Positions 38,096-48,315 of a stretch of DNA of 64,000 nt are shown piece by piece. The stretch's first letter is position 1. Each line of letters opens with the position of its first letter. The notes under the pieces were generated by a model. It searched no databases, was not told the DNA's origin, and worked only from the letters and a program-made list of their open reading frames with translations. The position numbers were made by a program, and so were the translations under genes. Origin of the DNA: an uncultured archaeon (GTDB taxonomy: Archaea; Thermoproteota; Nitrososphaeria; Nitrososphaerales; Gagatemarchaeaceae); the NCBI GenBank assembly GCA_963817525.1, contig CAWFOU010000007.1:1217379-1281378 (forward strand), given 5' to 3'.

Positions 38096-38713
38096 TTGAA
38101 GGCTGAGGACTATGTTGTCGCCGCAGAGAAAGTCGTCCGCCAGATCTTAGAGGAATCTCCACGACAATCGGCGGCTCACCAGCCAGACCACCTGTTCAGA
38201 GTACGGGACAGAGCGATCAGCCTCGCAAGACAATTTGAGAAAGACGAGGGCAGAAGGGTCGATCTGGAGATACTGGCGCTCGCTGCTCTGCTCCATGACA
38301 TCGATGAACCATACGATGACAAGGAAGGCCACGTCATGAGGAGCGTGGGGCGCGCTTCAGAGATTCTGGCGAAGATAGGCTACCCGCACGAGAGAGCTGA
38401 AAAGGTGATGAACGTGATAGCGGAGCATTCGTCAGAAACCCCTTCACAGGCCACTTCCGATGAATCCCTCGTGCTGTTCGACGCGGACAAGCTGGACGGC
38501 GTCGGAGCAATAGGCATCGCCCGTACCCTGGTCTTCTGCGGACAGCAAGGAATGCCTCCTCCCATGGCAATCGAGTGGTACGAGGAAAAGATCGCGAAAG
38601 CAGCCCCATTACTTCGCACAAAGTCAGGAAGGAGCTTGGCCCGCAAACAAGCGAGATTCGTCCTAGCCTTCATCCGTAGGTTCAAAGAAGAAGAGAGCAA
38701 ATTCGTGTCGTAG
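38096..38713 (+). CDS. HD-domain metal-dependent phosphohydrolase
   Basis: H..DHLFRV, AALLHDI, EHS and DADKLDGVGAIGIAR. Start uncertain (TTG 38096). Confidence 0.9.
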   Translation: MKAEDYVVAAEKVVRQILEESPRQSAAHQPDHLFRVRDRAISLARQFEKDEGRRVDLEILALAALLHDIDEPYDDKEGHVMRSVGRASEILAKIGYPHERAEKVMNVIAEHSSETPSQATSDESLVLFDADKLDGVGAIGIARTLVFCGQQGMPPPMAIEWYEEKIAKAAPLLRTKSGRSLARKQARFVLAFIRRFKEEESKFVS

Positions 38714-38824
38714 GTTGTGACTGGAAGGGGGACCCTTTGAGGGCCCTTTCATTATGATAGGAGAATGCGTACGATGAACCTGCTGGAGGTTTGTGCGTTA
38801 AAAGGCAGGACCACCCAGTCCTGC

Positions 38825-39895
38825 ATGCCCGAGACCGGTAGAGACGGTGACCCCCTCGAATTCTGCGAGGAATGCCTCTCACCTCTGGAGGATGGCTATT
38901 GCCACAGTTGCGGAGTTGGGTTCTCGGATTCGGCTGGACCGGTTGGCGCCGCACCTCTGGCGAGGGACGAGCTCTCGAAGGTGCTCGGAAGGCCGGTCGG
39001 CGCTCGGGCCCACGGTTCCTACGCCCTCTCCATGCAGCAGGAGGAAGGCATGGCCCCCCTCAGGAAGCAGATCGACCTTCTCGTGGAGCAGTTCAGCGCC
39101 TCCCCCGAGCTAAAGTCAAGAGTGAAGGCCAACGCCGAGCGGCTCGCCGTCAAGGTCGTCGACGAGCTCGGCCCCACAAAGGCAGCCATTGCTTCTGTCG
39201 CAGAAGAGTTCCTCATGCGCGGCAGGAATCTTGCCGAGGTCAGCTCGTCCATCGGGAAGTTGCATCCAAAGGTGAACAGGCTGAAGGACATCGTGGTCGA
39301 GGTCTATCCTGTGCAGGAGGCCGTGATCCGGGTGATTGTAGCTGGAAGGGAGAGGCCGTACAGATTGTACTCGGAAGGACTCTACAGGAAACTGAGGATA
39401 CCCGTCTTCGCTTCCGACAGCAGGGCAGTCGTCGAACTGAGGGGGGCGGCCCTCACCCGGGAAGGTTACGACCCTAGGAGAGTCAGGCCGCTAAGCCTCT
39501 CCGAATTCGAACTCAAGGTCGACGAGAGAAGCTTCGAGTTGTTCAAAGTTCTCGAGGAGGCGAGGCTGTCCGGCAGACTAGGGACGAATGGTAACGACCT
39601 GAAGACCGTAGTCAGGACGTACTCCATCTCGAAGCTCCCCCTGACGGAGGAGCTCCTCCGGGCTGCGAACCTTCTCCCCGCAGTCGGCGCGGAGTACATG
39701 TCGAGGCTCGGGGGGAAGCTGAGGGAAGGACACGGCCGGTCTCCCAGAAAGCTGGCCGAAGAGGCACTCATAGAGTCCTGCTCGGCGGTCGTCCCCGAGC
39801 TCGTGGCGAATGAGATGGCGGAGAGACACCACCTCAACCGCTTTCGAATGAAGTCCCTGGTCGTGTTGGCCGAGCTCGGCAGGTGGCGGGGGTAG
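38825..39895 (+). CDS. Zn-ribbon protein with degenerate TFIIB-like helical repeats
   Basis: CEEC...CHSCG at the N-terminus; GPTKAAIASV and GRSPRKLAEEAL resemble TFB cyclin-repeat motifs. Confidence 0.55.
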   Translation: MPETGRDGDPLEFCEECLSPLEDGYCHSCGVGFSDSAGPVGAAPLARDELSKVLGRPVGARAHGSYALSMQQEEGMAPLRKQIDLLVEQFSASPELKSRVKANAERLAVKVVDELGPTKAAIASVAEEFLMRGRNLAEVSSSIGKLHPKVNRLKDIVVEVYPVQEAVIRVIVAGRERPYRLYSEGLYRKLRIPVFASDSRAVVELRGAALTREGYDPRRVRPLSLSEFELKVDERSFELFKVLEEARLSGRLGTNGNDLKTVVRTYSISKLPLTEELLRAANLLPAVGAEYMSRLGGKLREGHGRSPRKLAEEALIESCSAVVPELVANEMAERHHLNRFRMKSLVVLAELGRWRG

Positions 39896-39902
39896 ACCGG
39901 TC

Positions 39903-41078
39903 ATGGCAGAAGTAGTTCGAATCCCTTTACGACTGGTTAGTCCCCACCCACAACTCTCGACAAGGCTCAGGCTGGATGTCCGATCCCTCGCCGCGCTCAT
40001 AAGGGACGCTGCGGGCGAGGATGTCCCGAACGGTCAGCTGGAGCCGGGCCGAGTGGTCCCGAGGGAAGACGGGAAGGGGTACTACGTGTACATCGGGGAC
40101 CGGCGGTACCGCGCGCTGGCCTGCCTCTACGAAGAGACGGTGGAGGAGAGGTTCTCGGTCTTCAACGCGTACGTCGACTCGAACAGGTCTCTGCTAGACC
40201 TCTTCCTCAGGGTAAGGAGCGAGAACGAGGACAGCAAAGGAGAGAGGGTGGGCCTCTCTACCCTCGAGAAGATTTTCGGCCTCCACAAGATCAGCGCCTC
40301 CATCCCGCTCGAGAGGCTCGACGACGAGATGAAACGGGAACTTACCGTCGCGCAGAGGCTCGACGGGAAGCGCATAATGAAGCTGTTCGAGCTCGAGACG
40401 GCCTCCCACTTCAAGTTCCGGCTCGAGCACCTCGAGCGCCTCTGCCAGATCGGGGACAGCAGGCAGATGTACGAGTCCGCCGCCTGCGTTGCGGGCCTGG
40501 CAATCCCGCCCGAGCGGATCGACAGCGCCGTCGAGGGAAGGGGCGCGGCTCGCACTTTCAGATGGTTCGGGAGCGTGTTTCCTGAGTTCGCAAAGCCGAA
40601 GGAGGAGCGGCCGAGCGAAGCGCGAGCGCACGCTACCGGCTCCAGCGGAGGGGAGAGACGGGGGCAGACAGACTCAGGCCAACGACAGCTCGAGATACAC
40701 GAGACCGAGGTGATTCTCCTTGCGTGCCCGGAGTGCGGGGTCGAGAACATGCTGCAGGCGCGCCTGGAAGCTGAGGTCACCGTTCTGCCTCGGGACCCAG
40801 AGGGAATTAGCGTCACCGCTACCGCAGACGCCGTTGTCAGCTCTGGGGTGAAGTGCTACGGATGTGGCACCGACTTCCGGGTCTTCGTGAAACGCGTGGA
40901 AGGAAGACGGTTTGCTGCAGAAGCGTCACTCTCTTCCAAGTTCCGCGAGCCGAGGGAGGAGACGCAGGCCTTCGACCTTCGCTTCGACCGCAGCGTTGGG
41001 GTCTGGCAGAAGCTGGAGGGCGAGAAGGTCGTCGGCCTGGTCCGGACCAGGGGGGCGGCGAAGGAAGCGAGGGTGTAA
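39903..41078 (+). CDS. ParB/Srx N-terminal-domain protein with a C-terminal Zn ribbon
   Basis: IPLRLVSPHP, GQLEPGRV, YYVYIGDRRYRAL; CPECG...CYGCG. Confidence 0.75.
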   Translation: MAEVVRIPLRLVSPHPQLSTRLRLDVRSLAALIRDAAGEDVPNGQLEPGRVVPREDGKGYYVYIGDRRYRALACLYEETVEERFSVFNAYVDSNRSLLDLFLRVRSENEDSKGERVGLSTLEKIFGLHKISASIPLERLDDEMKRELTVAQRLDGKRIMKLFELETASHFKFRLEHLERLCQIGDSRQMYESAACVAGLAIPPERIDSAVEGRGAARTFRWFGSVFPEFAKPKEERPSEARAHATGSSGGERRGQTDSGQRQLEIHETEVILLACPECGVENMLQARLEAEVTVLPRDPEGISVTATADAVVSSGVKCYGCGTDFRVFVKRVEGRRFAAEASLSSKFREPREETQAFDLRFDRSVGVWQKLEGEKVVGLVRTRGAAKEARV

Positions 41079-41081
41079 ACC

Positions 41082-41510
41082 ATGCCGAGGACCAAGAGAG
41101 AGGAGATTGCCGCCCTGGTCTCCCTCCTCGCCCTCACTGAAGGGATCTTCTTCGACACGCGGGACATCAGGAGGCTGCCGTACAACCGGATGCTCGTAAG
41201 CAGAGTCCTGAAATCGCTTCTGGACTCGAATGTTCTGACGAGGATACACGACAGACGGAACTACGTACTGACCGAAGAGTTCCGGGATACCCTCAGGAGA
41301 GAGGTTCGGATGAAGGCTCCGGCCAGCGGCATCCACCGGTTTCCCTCCATCGACGTCTTCTACGTGGGGGGTATGGAGGACTGGTCTGAGAGAGAGTTCG
41401 AGACCTACGTCGACGAGATGCGGGAGATGTGGCACCGCCTTTCGGGCGACAATGGAGCGGAGAGACCATCGCCGAGTCGAGGGGATGGGGAGAGCCAAGC
41501 ACCCCCTTAG
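41082..41510 (+). CDS. hypothetical protein, probable winged helix
   Basis: VSRVLKSLLDSNVLTR...YVLT; in operon with the ParB-like gene. Confidence 0.65.
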   Translation: MPRTKREEIAALVSLLALTEGIFFDTRDIRRLPYNRMLVSRVLKSLLDSNVLTRIHDRRNYVLTEEFRDTLRREVRMKAPASGIHRFPSIDVFYVGGMEDWSEREFETYVDEMREMWHRLSGDNGAERPSPSRGDGESQAPP

Positions 41511-41513
41511 GGC

Positions 41514-41571
41514 TAATGCACAAGGGTTGTGCCTTAGCTCGGCCAGGATAATGCACAAGGGTTGTGCATTA
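41514..41571. repeat. tandem pair of palindromes TAATGCACAA-GGG-TTGTGC(A/C)TTA, 35 bp apart
   Basis: Copies at 41514-41536 and 41549-41571; the second has perfect 10-bp arms. Confidence 0.85.
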
Positions 41572-41922
41572 CGATTGAAGCATTCATGTTCTGGCGTCGA
41601 ACGTATCTCCAATTTGAGTCGTGCTCGACTGTCGAACCTGCTCGCTGAGATAGCCCGCCTGGGAACGGTGCCGACGCTCCAGACGATTCTGCTTTTATGG
41701 AATCGCAGAGGTGGTCGTCATGTCTCGAGACCCGACGGCCAGATGCCGCTTCTGCGGCTGGATCTATCTTGTAGAGAAGCTGGCCGCGCACGAAATAGTC
41801 TGCCCGTCGAAGCCGAGCAGACCTCGAAGGACACGCTCGCCATCCCGCCTGATAATGCGTTATTAGTCCTAAAGGTGTGCTGCTTCATGAACCCGTCCTG
41901 GCCGCCGTGGAGGGCAAGAGGC

Positions 41923-42309
41923 ATGAGAGACAACAAGGACGAGCGGACTCACGAGGCATGCCTGAGCCTCGACCTGGTTTCGTCCTTGGCGCTCGCCTCC
42001 ATGGGCGAGTTCTGCTTCGAGGACCTGGTTCAGAAGATAATCGCGCTCAGGCGCGCCGTCCCGTTCGAGGTGAGAGACGGCCCGGACAGGGTGATCTCTT
42101 CAGAGGATGAGTTACGCAAGGCCCTGCCCGACCTTCTGCAAGAGGGCCTGTGCAGCGGCTGGATCGAGGCCGTGACTATGCGCCATGCAGACTGGTGCAG
42201 ACAGAATATCCCCATCAGGCTTCGAGAGTTGGAAGCGGACGAACCCGGGCTCAAGGACACGCTCGACAGGGTGCTAGCGCAAATCAGAATGCCTCAGGCA
42301 TCGCGCTAG
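41923..42309 (+). CDS. hypothetical protein
   Basis: GC3-biased 3' part of ORF 41452..42309, starting at MRDNKDE. Confidence 0.55.
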   Translation: MRDNKDERTHEACLSLDLVSSLALASMGEFCFEDLVQKIIALRRAVPFEVRDGPDRVISSEDELRKALPDLLQEGLCSGWIEAVTMRHADWCRQNIPIRLRELEADEPGLKDTLDRVLAQIRMPQASR

Positions 42310-42626
42310 GAAGGCCGCCTTCCATCCTTCTTCCTGGACAGCAGGAAGTAGAGGTTAGAAACGCTCGATACGATTTCTGGATCGTCCTCCTGTCCGAGTG
42401 CGCTGACAAGCTCGATTCGCTCCAGTTCCCTCCTTCCAGCTTCGGTCACAACATACGCTCCTGCCTCGTTCTTGGAAACGAGCTTCATCGCCACGAGCTT
42501 CTTGAGAGTGACGTAGACCGTCTTGTCGGGCCTCTCCAGCTCCCTCACAAGCTCAGAGAAGCGCTTCGGCCCCCTCTCGAGGAGGCTCAGGAGAGACATC
42601 TTCACTGGCGGCTTCGTTCCTGGCAT
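42306..42626 (-). CDS. winged-helix (HxlR/ArsR-like) regulator
   Basis: GPKRFSELVRELERPDKTVYVTLKKL...YVVTEAG. Confidence 0.85.
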   Translation of the reverse strand: MPGTKPPVKMSLLSLLERGPKRFSELVRELERPDKTVYVTLKKLVAMKLVSKNEAGAYVVTEAGRRELERIELVSALGQEDDPEIVSSVSNLYFLLSRKKDGRRPS

Positions 42627-42630
42627 GCTT

Positions 42631-42885
42631 TCACTGACACCAACTGCGACTAGGCCCACTAGCTGGACATGCTTCCAAGATTCTCAGGCTGCGGGGTAGG
42701 CCCGCAAGCGATGCCAACGAGTGCCTCGGTGACTCTTCGGGCTTCCGCTCGCTCGCGCGCTTCCTTTGAGGCGGTCGTCTCCAGATCGGGTCGCTCTTCC
42801 AGCCGCAACCGCAGATCCAGCGTCCCATCCTCCTGTTGAGCTCCGTATGGTGGGTTCGCTTGTGGGTCCTTCCGTCGGCGGGCAA
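42631..42885 (-). CDS. small putative Zn-binding protein
   Basis: HH...WICGCGW; ends 4 bp before the wHTH gene. TTTTAT on the minus strand near 42910. Confidence 0.4.
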   Translation of the reverse strand: MPADGRTHKRTHHTELNRRMGRWICGCGWKSDPIWRRPPQRKRASERKPEESPRHSLASLAGLPRSLRILEACPASGPSRSWCQ

Positions 42886-42976
42886 CGCACTTGTAGCGCC
42901 GTCGGGATAAAAGCCCGACCATTCGCTTGCTGCTCTCGGGTGTTTTAGCCTGAACTAGCACCATCAAACGAGAACA

Positions 42977-45277
42977 GTGAGGACAGCCATCGTTGTTTCC
43001 GTGGCGCTCCTTTTCGCCGCCCTGACGGCCCTCGCGGCCTCCCAAACGACGGCTTCCAGCGACCCCTGCGAAGGCTATGGCGACTGCCTCTCCGCTTCTT
43101 TGACGTACCTCCGGGCCAACCCCGACAACTCTCTATATCTGGGGGACAGCTTTCAGATCTCCCTAGCCATTTCGTACGGACCGAACACGGTGGGTTCGCA
43201 GACCTCCTGGGCCTACGACACGGCGGCGTTCTCGGCCAACACCACCAGCTCCCAGGCGGAGTTCAGGACCCTGGTCAACGGTTCCTCCGCATACGCCATA
43301 TCCGCTTCCGTCACCTTCACCGTCGTCATCTGCACGACCTCGAACGGGGTGACGACGTGCGCGGACTACTACCCGACACTCAGAGTCCAGGAGACTGTGC
43401 AGACGAGGGCGTTCGAACTGCAGCTGACCACGGAGATGTCCAACTTCACGGACTCTCAGGGATACCTCCTCAGGAACCCGGACGGCTCGTTCTTCCACGA
43501 CGACGAGTTCTACGTCAACTACACCTACGGCTTCCTCTTCATGCAGCAGCGCCCCGACATCAGGGTCGTCGTCGAGCCCCAGTTCGACCCGAGCTTCGTC
43601 AAGCTCACAGCGTACCAGAACTCGAGCTCCACGGGATACTTCCTGTTCACGGTCGGCAATCGCACCGGAACCTCCGAGATCACGATGACCGGACAGGCGT
43701 TCAATTACCGAGAGGATCTGCTTGGCTCCAGAACGCAGAAACAGCCTTTCGCCGTCGTCAACTACGCTCCCTACTTCACGTACTTCACGTACATGGAGTA
43801 CAACTCAAGGAACGCGAGCGCCTACGAAAGGCCGTTCGTCACGCTCGTCCGGTACGACGGGAACGACCCGGGCCTGTCGTACGGAGGCGATGCGAACACC
43901 GCGCCCATCGCCGCCGTCAACGACACCGGCGAGAGGGCCCTGATCAACTCGTTCGACTTCACGACGACGGCCTGGGGCGTCAACGCGAATCTCACCTCGG
44001 GCGACATCAGCCAAGACCTATCGTTTTGGAACCAGACCTCCGATAGCTTGGGGATGCGGACCACAAATGCGACCTATCCCGTCCTCACATTCGCAGATAG
44101 AGTCGTGAAGTTCTACTTCGCCTCAGATGTGAAAAAGATTCAGGGCTACACGGGGCAGGGACTTGAATACTTCAACGTCACAGAGCTGGCCGTCTCTAGG
44201 GACTTCGCCGGAGGCAACTATGGGCTGTTCAACACGTCCTACCTCTACCAGCCCGCGTACTACAGCGGCTACCTTACGGTATTCACCTACGGCCCTTCGG
44301 GGCTGGACCCTTCGACATCGGTCAACATGACCCTTGTCACGCCGGACCCGCTCGACCCGCGGCTCCTCGCTACCCTAAACGAGACGTTCGGCCGGTATCC
44401 ACAGGTTGTACACGACTTCGAGAGGGACCTCTTTCCCGCTTATTCCGCCGTCATGAACCTGAAGCCCGTGAGCTCCGCGGGAGGGAGGTGGGTCTTCCTG
44501 CTCAACGACACCAACCTGGCTATGCTGAACCAGACGCAGATGCCCACCCTATACATCACGGTGCGCGGGCAGGCGGGAAGCTACTCCTACTCGGTACCGG
44601 TCGCCTTTTCCTCGTTCCAGATCAACCGCACCCTAATCCCGCAGCTGCCATTCGCCGACGTGGACGGCTACTACCTCGACCAAGAAAGGCAGCTGACTGC
44701 TCTCCCCTTGAACTACAGCTTCACGTCGCCCAGCCCGTTCGTGGCTTGGGACTATGGGAACGGCACCACTCCGTCATTCGTCTCGCCAGTAACATACGAA
44801 CCTGGGAACCTGAGCGAGACCTACGGGTTCATCTTTGGTGGTAACAGCACGATCTACGCGAATCTGGACGGGGGAGGCGGGAGCCTGGTGAACATACAGA
44901 CACAACAAACTAGCTTTCAGGCCCTCGCAATGATAGGGCCTCAGACCGGAGGGGCGACGAACCTCTGGGTGAAGGACCCGAAAGGCAACCTAATCGTCAA
45001 CGACTCGCCGACCGCGGACGCCGAACCGCCCTCCCCTCCCGGATTCTACGGATTCTACGAGCTGTCGTTCCCGATGAGCGTGAACGGGACGTACCAGTTC
45101 GGGATCACCAACTCCTGGGGTGTGAGCAGTGTCTTCCAGACCTACGATAACCTAGCCCACATACCACCTCCGCCGGACGAGGAGTACTTCCTGATGACGT
45201 TCTTCGGCTTCCTTGTCGTCGGAGTCTATTTTCTGGGAAAGATTGGCAAACACCGTCGAACATCAAGGGTATCGTGA
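42977..45277 (+). CDS. large cell-surface glycoprotein (signal peptide plus C-terminal TM anchor)
   Basis: 766 aa, many N-x-S/T sequons, PPPP linker then a TM and basic tail. Confidence 0.85.
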   Translation: MRTAIVVSVALLFAALTALAASQTTASSDPCEGYGDCLSASLTYLRANPDNSLYLGDSFQISLAISYGPNTVGSQTSWAYDTAAFSANTTSSQAEFRTLVNGSSAYAISASVTFTVVICTTSNGVTTCADYYPTLRVQETVQTRAFELQLTTEMSNFTDSQGYLLRNPDGSFFHDDEFYVNYTYGFLFMQQRPDIRVVVEPQFDPSFVKLTAYQNSSSTGYFLFTVGNRTGTSEITMTGQAFNYREDLLGSRTQKQPFAVVNYAPYFTYFTYMEYNSRNASAYERPFVTLVRYDGNDPGLSYGGDANTAPIAAVNDTGERALINSFDFTTTAWGVNANLTSGDISQDLSFWNQTSDSLGMRTTNATYPVLTFADRVVKFYFASDVKKIQGYTGQGLEYFNVTELAVSRDFAGGNYGLFNTSYLYQPAYYSGYLTVFTYGPSGLDPSTSVNMTLVTPDPLDPRLLATLNETFGRYPQVVHDFERDLFPAYSAVMNLKPVSSAGGRWVFLLNDTNLAMLNQTQMPTLYITVRGQAGSYSYSVPVAFSSFQINRTLIPQLPFADVDGYYLDQERQLTALPLNYSFTSPSPFVAWDYGNGTTPSFVSPVTYEPGNLSETYGFIFGGNSTIYANLDGGGGSLVNIQTQQTSFQALAMIGPQTGGATNLWVKDPKGNLIVNDSPTADAEPPSPPGFYGFYELSFPMSVNGTYQFGITNSWGVSSVFQTYDNLAHIPPPPDEEYFLMTFFGFLVVGVYFLGKIGKHRRTSRVS

Positions 45278-45495
45278 ACCCTTCCAGGAGGCTCTGAACG
45301 CTATTGAAGGTCCAACAAACCGAGTTTTGGGCAAGACATTCGCCGTTCCCACGCTCAAAGCCATCACGTCGCGCTCGACCCAAGCGTGTCCAAACTCGAA
45401 AGAACCCCCCCTGTCTGCCTGCTCGAAATGGGTCAACTTAGTTTGGGCACACGCTTGAAAAGACACCGGCATACAGAAGACTTTACTGAATCACC

Positions 45496-46131
45496 ATGTC
45501 TCGAGCGCGTATGATGGGGGGCGGCTCCCCAATGGTCTATGCAATGATGGGGGTGGTCTTATTTGCCGGCCTCTTCATCATTCTACCGTCCGCAAAGCAT
45601 CCTTCGACTCCGACCGTCCAGTTCAGCACGACGAGTGCTGAGACCGTCCAGCCTTACTACGGGGCGAACGGCGCCGATGTCACCCTCGAATCGCAGGGCC
45701 AGCCACAGCACAGCTACGATGCTACAAACATCGGAATAGGCGTGGCGGCGGCGGCAGGGACCGCGGCAGGTTTGGCTGTGTGCGGTGATCTCACCCTCGG
45801 CGCGTGTGATCTAGAGGTAGGGGCAAGTGCGGTGGGCGCTGTTGCTGGAGACCTAGGACTACCGGTCCTCAGCGTCTCAACAACCTTGACCTTCGAGAAC
45901 GTGGGATACGCGACCGCCACGGGCTGGACTTACACGGTAGTTACGCTTCTAAATGGTGCGCCACTGGCCAACCAGACTTTCACTCTGGCTCCCTTGCAGC
46001 CCGGTCAATCCACAACGGTGCAATACTCGCACGACTACACCGTTGGCGATATCCCCGGCATTCTCTGGGGCACGGTCACACGGCAACCTTCCAATGTGAC
46101 GTTCCAGGTTGAAGGCCCGTACGAGTCTTAG
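45496..46131 (+). CDS. membrane-anchored exported protein with a Gly/Ala-rich hydrophobic segment and a CARDB-like C-terminus
   Basis: N-terminal TM, GVAAAAGTAAGLAVC...C, FENVG and LQPGQSTTV. Confidence 0.7.
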   Translation: MSRARMMGGGSPMVYAMMGVVLFAGLFIILPSAKHPSTPTVQFSTTSAETVQPYYGANGADVTLESQGQPQHSYDATNIGIGVAAAAGTAAGLAVCGDLTLGACDLEVGASAVGAVAGDLGLPVLSVSTTLTFENVGYATATGWTYTVVTLLNGAPLANQTFTLAPLQPGQSTTVQYSHDYTVGDIPGILWGTVTRQPSNVTFQVEGPYES

Positions 46132-46579
46132 AAAGTGCGTTGCTTCATCGTCGTGCTCTAGAAGGACTAGGGCGATATTGGAACCATATTGGTAGGGGTT
46201 CTCCGCGACGAACATTTTCTCGACCCCTAAAGGCCTGGGGACTTGGCAGCAATTCCCCTGGCTCTAAGATCACGGTGCACTCCCTGCGCCTGATGCTCTA
46301 GCGCTGTTGACGCAATAAAGGACGGGCGTCTCTCGTTTTTCGGTTTCCTAGATATCTATTATTTGATAAAGCGCGACAATCGTCTGGGCCCCAGCCCTGA
46401 TGGGCGCTTGCAACCGGCCTCAGCTTGCCAGGTCATGTCTTCCACTGAGAAGGATGAAAGGCTACCTTCCGAAGTAACTGTATATCCAGACGGCCAGAGG
46501 GTAGAGGTGGACAGTATCGGTGTGAGCACATTCTATCTGCCTCCGAGCAGGTGCAGAACTGCGCAGACTAGCGCCCTGG

Positions 46580-47467
46580 TCAGCCGTTGCTCGCGACTCG
46601 TTTGATTGCGGACCAAGGTATTTCCTCCCTGAATCCATCATCAGCCCGGTCGACGATGAGTCCGGTGTCTATCGTGACGACCGTCCCCTTGACTTTCGCC
46701 TCCTCTCCTCCGCCGTTGCCAAGCGTGACCTCCACGAGCAGAGGTCCTCCCTTAGAGTACGTCTCAAAGGCTAGGCTCTCGATCTTGCGCATCGCCGTGT
46801 TTCTGACGGTGCGCAAGACTATCAGCTCTACGACTATGGCAACGCTGATGCCGATTAGCCCAGGTATCGTATAGCCCGATGTAAGTGTACCAAGGCTCGC
46901 TGGCCTACCCACCTCATAGGCCAGTACAGCGACTTTGGCGACTGCGCCGCACGCGATTAAGATCAGATAGAAGACGACCTGAGGCAAGGCGTCGAGCGAG
47001 GTGAACAGGACGGCCCATAGCCTGCGCGGAGTCTGCACGTTGACATCCTTCCAAGCACCCTTTGCGAATCGTGTGCTGTGCGCGGAAGGCGCCACTAGGA
47101 TTACGAAGAATATCAGTAACTCGAACTCTATCACCAGGTCTGACAGCGGAGTGACCAGACTGTCCGAATAACCCACCTCTATGATGAGTGTCGCGATGAA
47201 TGCAATTATTGGAACCCAAATCAGTAGCACCGGCTGACTGGGGAAGAGAAGGTCAATCGGGCTCCACGCCTTTCGCGCAAAGTCGTTGAATCGCGGGCTG
47301 ACCCTGGACAGAGACAGGAGAGTCCTCTTGCGCGCGGAGTCGAGGGTCACAAAGGATACTCTTTGGTTCTGCTGGAGGACCCCGAAGACGAACGCGAGGA
47401 TGGCTGAAATGACTATGGCTGCGAACGGGACGAGGAACGGCTGAACGATGCTCGCGGTACTCGTCAA
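46580..47467 (-). CDS. membrane protein with a C-terminal Sm/SH3-like barrel
   Basis: About five TMs; VKGTVVTID...IPWSAIKRV. Confidence 0.7.
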   Translation of the reverse strand: MTSTASIVQPFLVPFAAIVISAILAFVFGVLQQNQRVSFVTLDSARKRTLLSLSRVSPRFNDFARKAWSPIDLLFPSQPVLLIWVPIIAFIATLIIEVGYSDSLVTPLSDLVIEFELLIFFVILVAPSAHSTRFAKGAWKDVNVQTPRRLWAVLFTSLDALPQVVFYLILIACGAVAKVAVLAYEVGRPASLGTLTSGYTIPGLIGISVAIVVELIVLRTVRNTAMRKIESLAFETYSKGGPLLVEVTLGNGGGEEAKVKGTVVTIDTGLIVDRADDGFREEIPWSAIKRVASNG

Positions 47468-47538
47468 TACTGGAGAATTGAAAGATTACCCGAAGATATA
47501 ATCGTATGATAACCCTCTGGCCTAACGCCTCTCTGGCC

Positions 47539-48231
47539 CTAATCGAAGTCCTTGCTTCTCTGTAGCCTACCGGCCGCTTTGCCTTCTCGTGGTGTGATCT
47601 TCGGGCTCCAAGACAGCCATTCCTGTTTAAAGGGGGGCCAGAGCTGGGGCAGCGACACCCCTCGCGCGACCAACAAGTCGAAGAGCTGGACTGAGAGCTT
47701 CCGCGCCATTATCAGCGAGAGGGCGGCGTCGTCGACGCTAAACGTTCTCTTGTCAAGATAGGACCGGTCCAGAAAATCTGCGGCGAAGTGCTTTGAAGGG
47801 ACATTCACAGATGCGTTGAAATCCCTCAGGTACTCTGAGAGCTCGGCGCCTAGAATCCCTGCCTTGTGGAGCGCCACCACGAGCGTCCCAAACGGCCCTC
47901 CTCCGCTTCTGTACTCGGGAGGATTGGGTGTCAGCCACTTGAGGCATCCTTCGATGTGGGCTGAGGCCATGTCCATGAATATTCGTGAGTATCCCCCGAA
48001 GTCCTGCTTGTCGGCATATACGTGGACGTAATAGAGCGGTCTGTAAATCGGATCGGGACGAAGAGTTCTCGCACGATCTCCTTCGACCTCAAAATACACC
48101 GGTAGTATTGTCGCTACGAAGAGTCCTGCGTCCAACTCATCATTCTCCAGTATGTCCGATAGGTGATAGGCCAATACCAACTCCTCCTCGTCAAGCATCC
48201 CCTCCGCCAGGGCCGAAATCTCGCCGGACAA
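47539..48231 (-). CDS. hypothetical protein, possibly HEPN-like
   Basis: HIEGCLK...PFGTL...FN..VNVPSKH helical pattern. Confidence 0.55.
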   Translation of the reverse strand: MSGEISALAEGMLDEEELVLAYHLSDILENDELDAGLFVATILPVYFEVEGDRARTLRPDPIYRPLYYVHVYADKQDFGGYSRIFMDMASAHIEGCLKWLTPNPPEYRSGGGPFGTLVVALHKAGILGAELSEYLRDFNASVNVPSKHFAADFLDRSYLDKRTFSVDDAALSLIMARKLSVQLFDLLVARGVSLPQLWPPFKQEWLSWSPKITPREGKAAGRLQRSKDFD

Positions 48232-48315
48232 GAGCGATGACCCAAAACCAAATACTCTTTGATAAAGAGTAGCCGGACCAATCTTAGCCAGGAAGCAAGC
48301 GGATCATGGCTCCTG

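Noticed and set aside
41452-41922. 5' half of the 285-aa ORF
   Set aside because: Runs through the palindromic repeats and lacks the codon bias of the 3' half; more likely intergenic.
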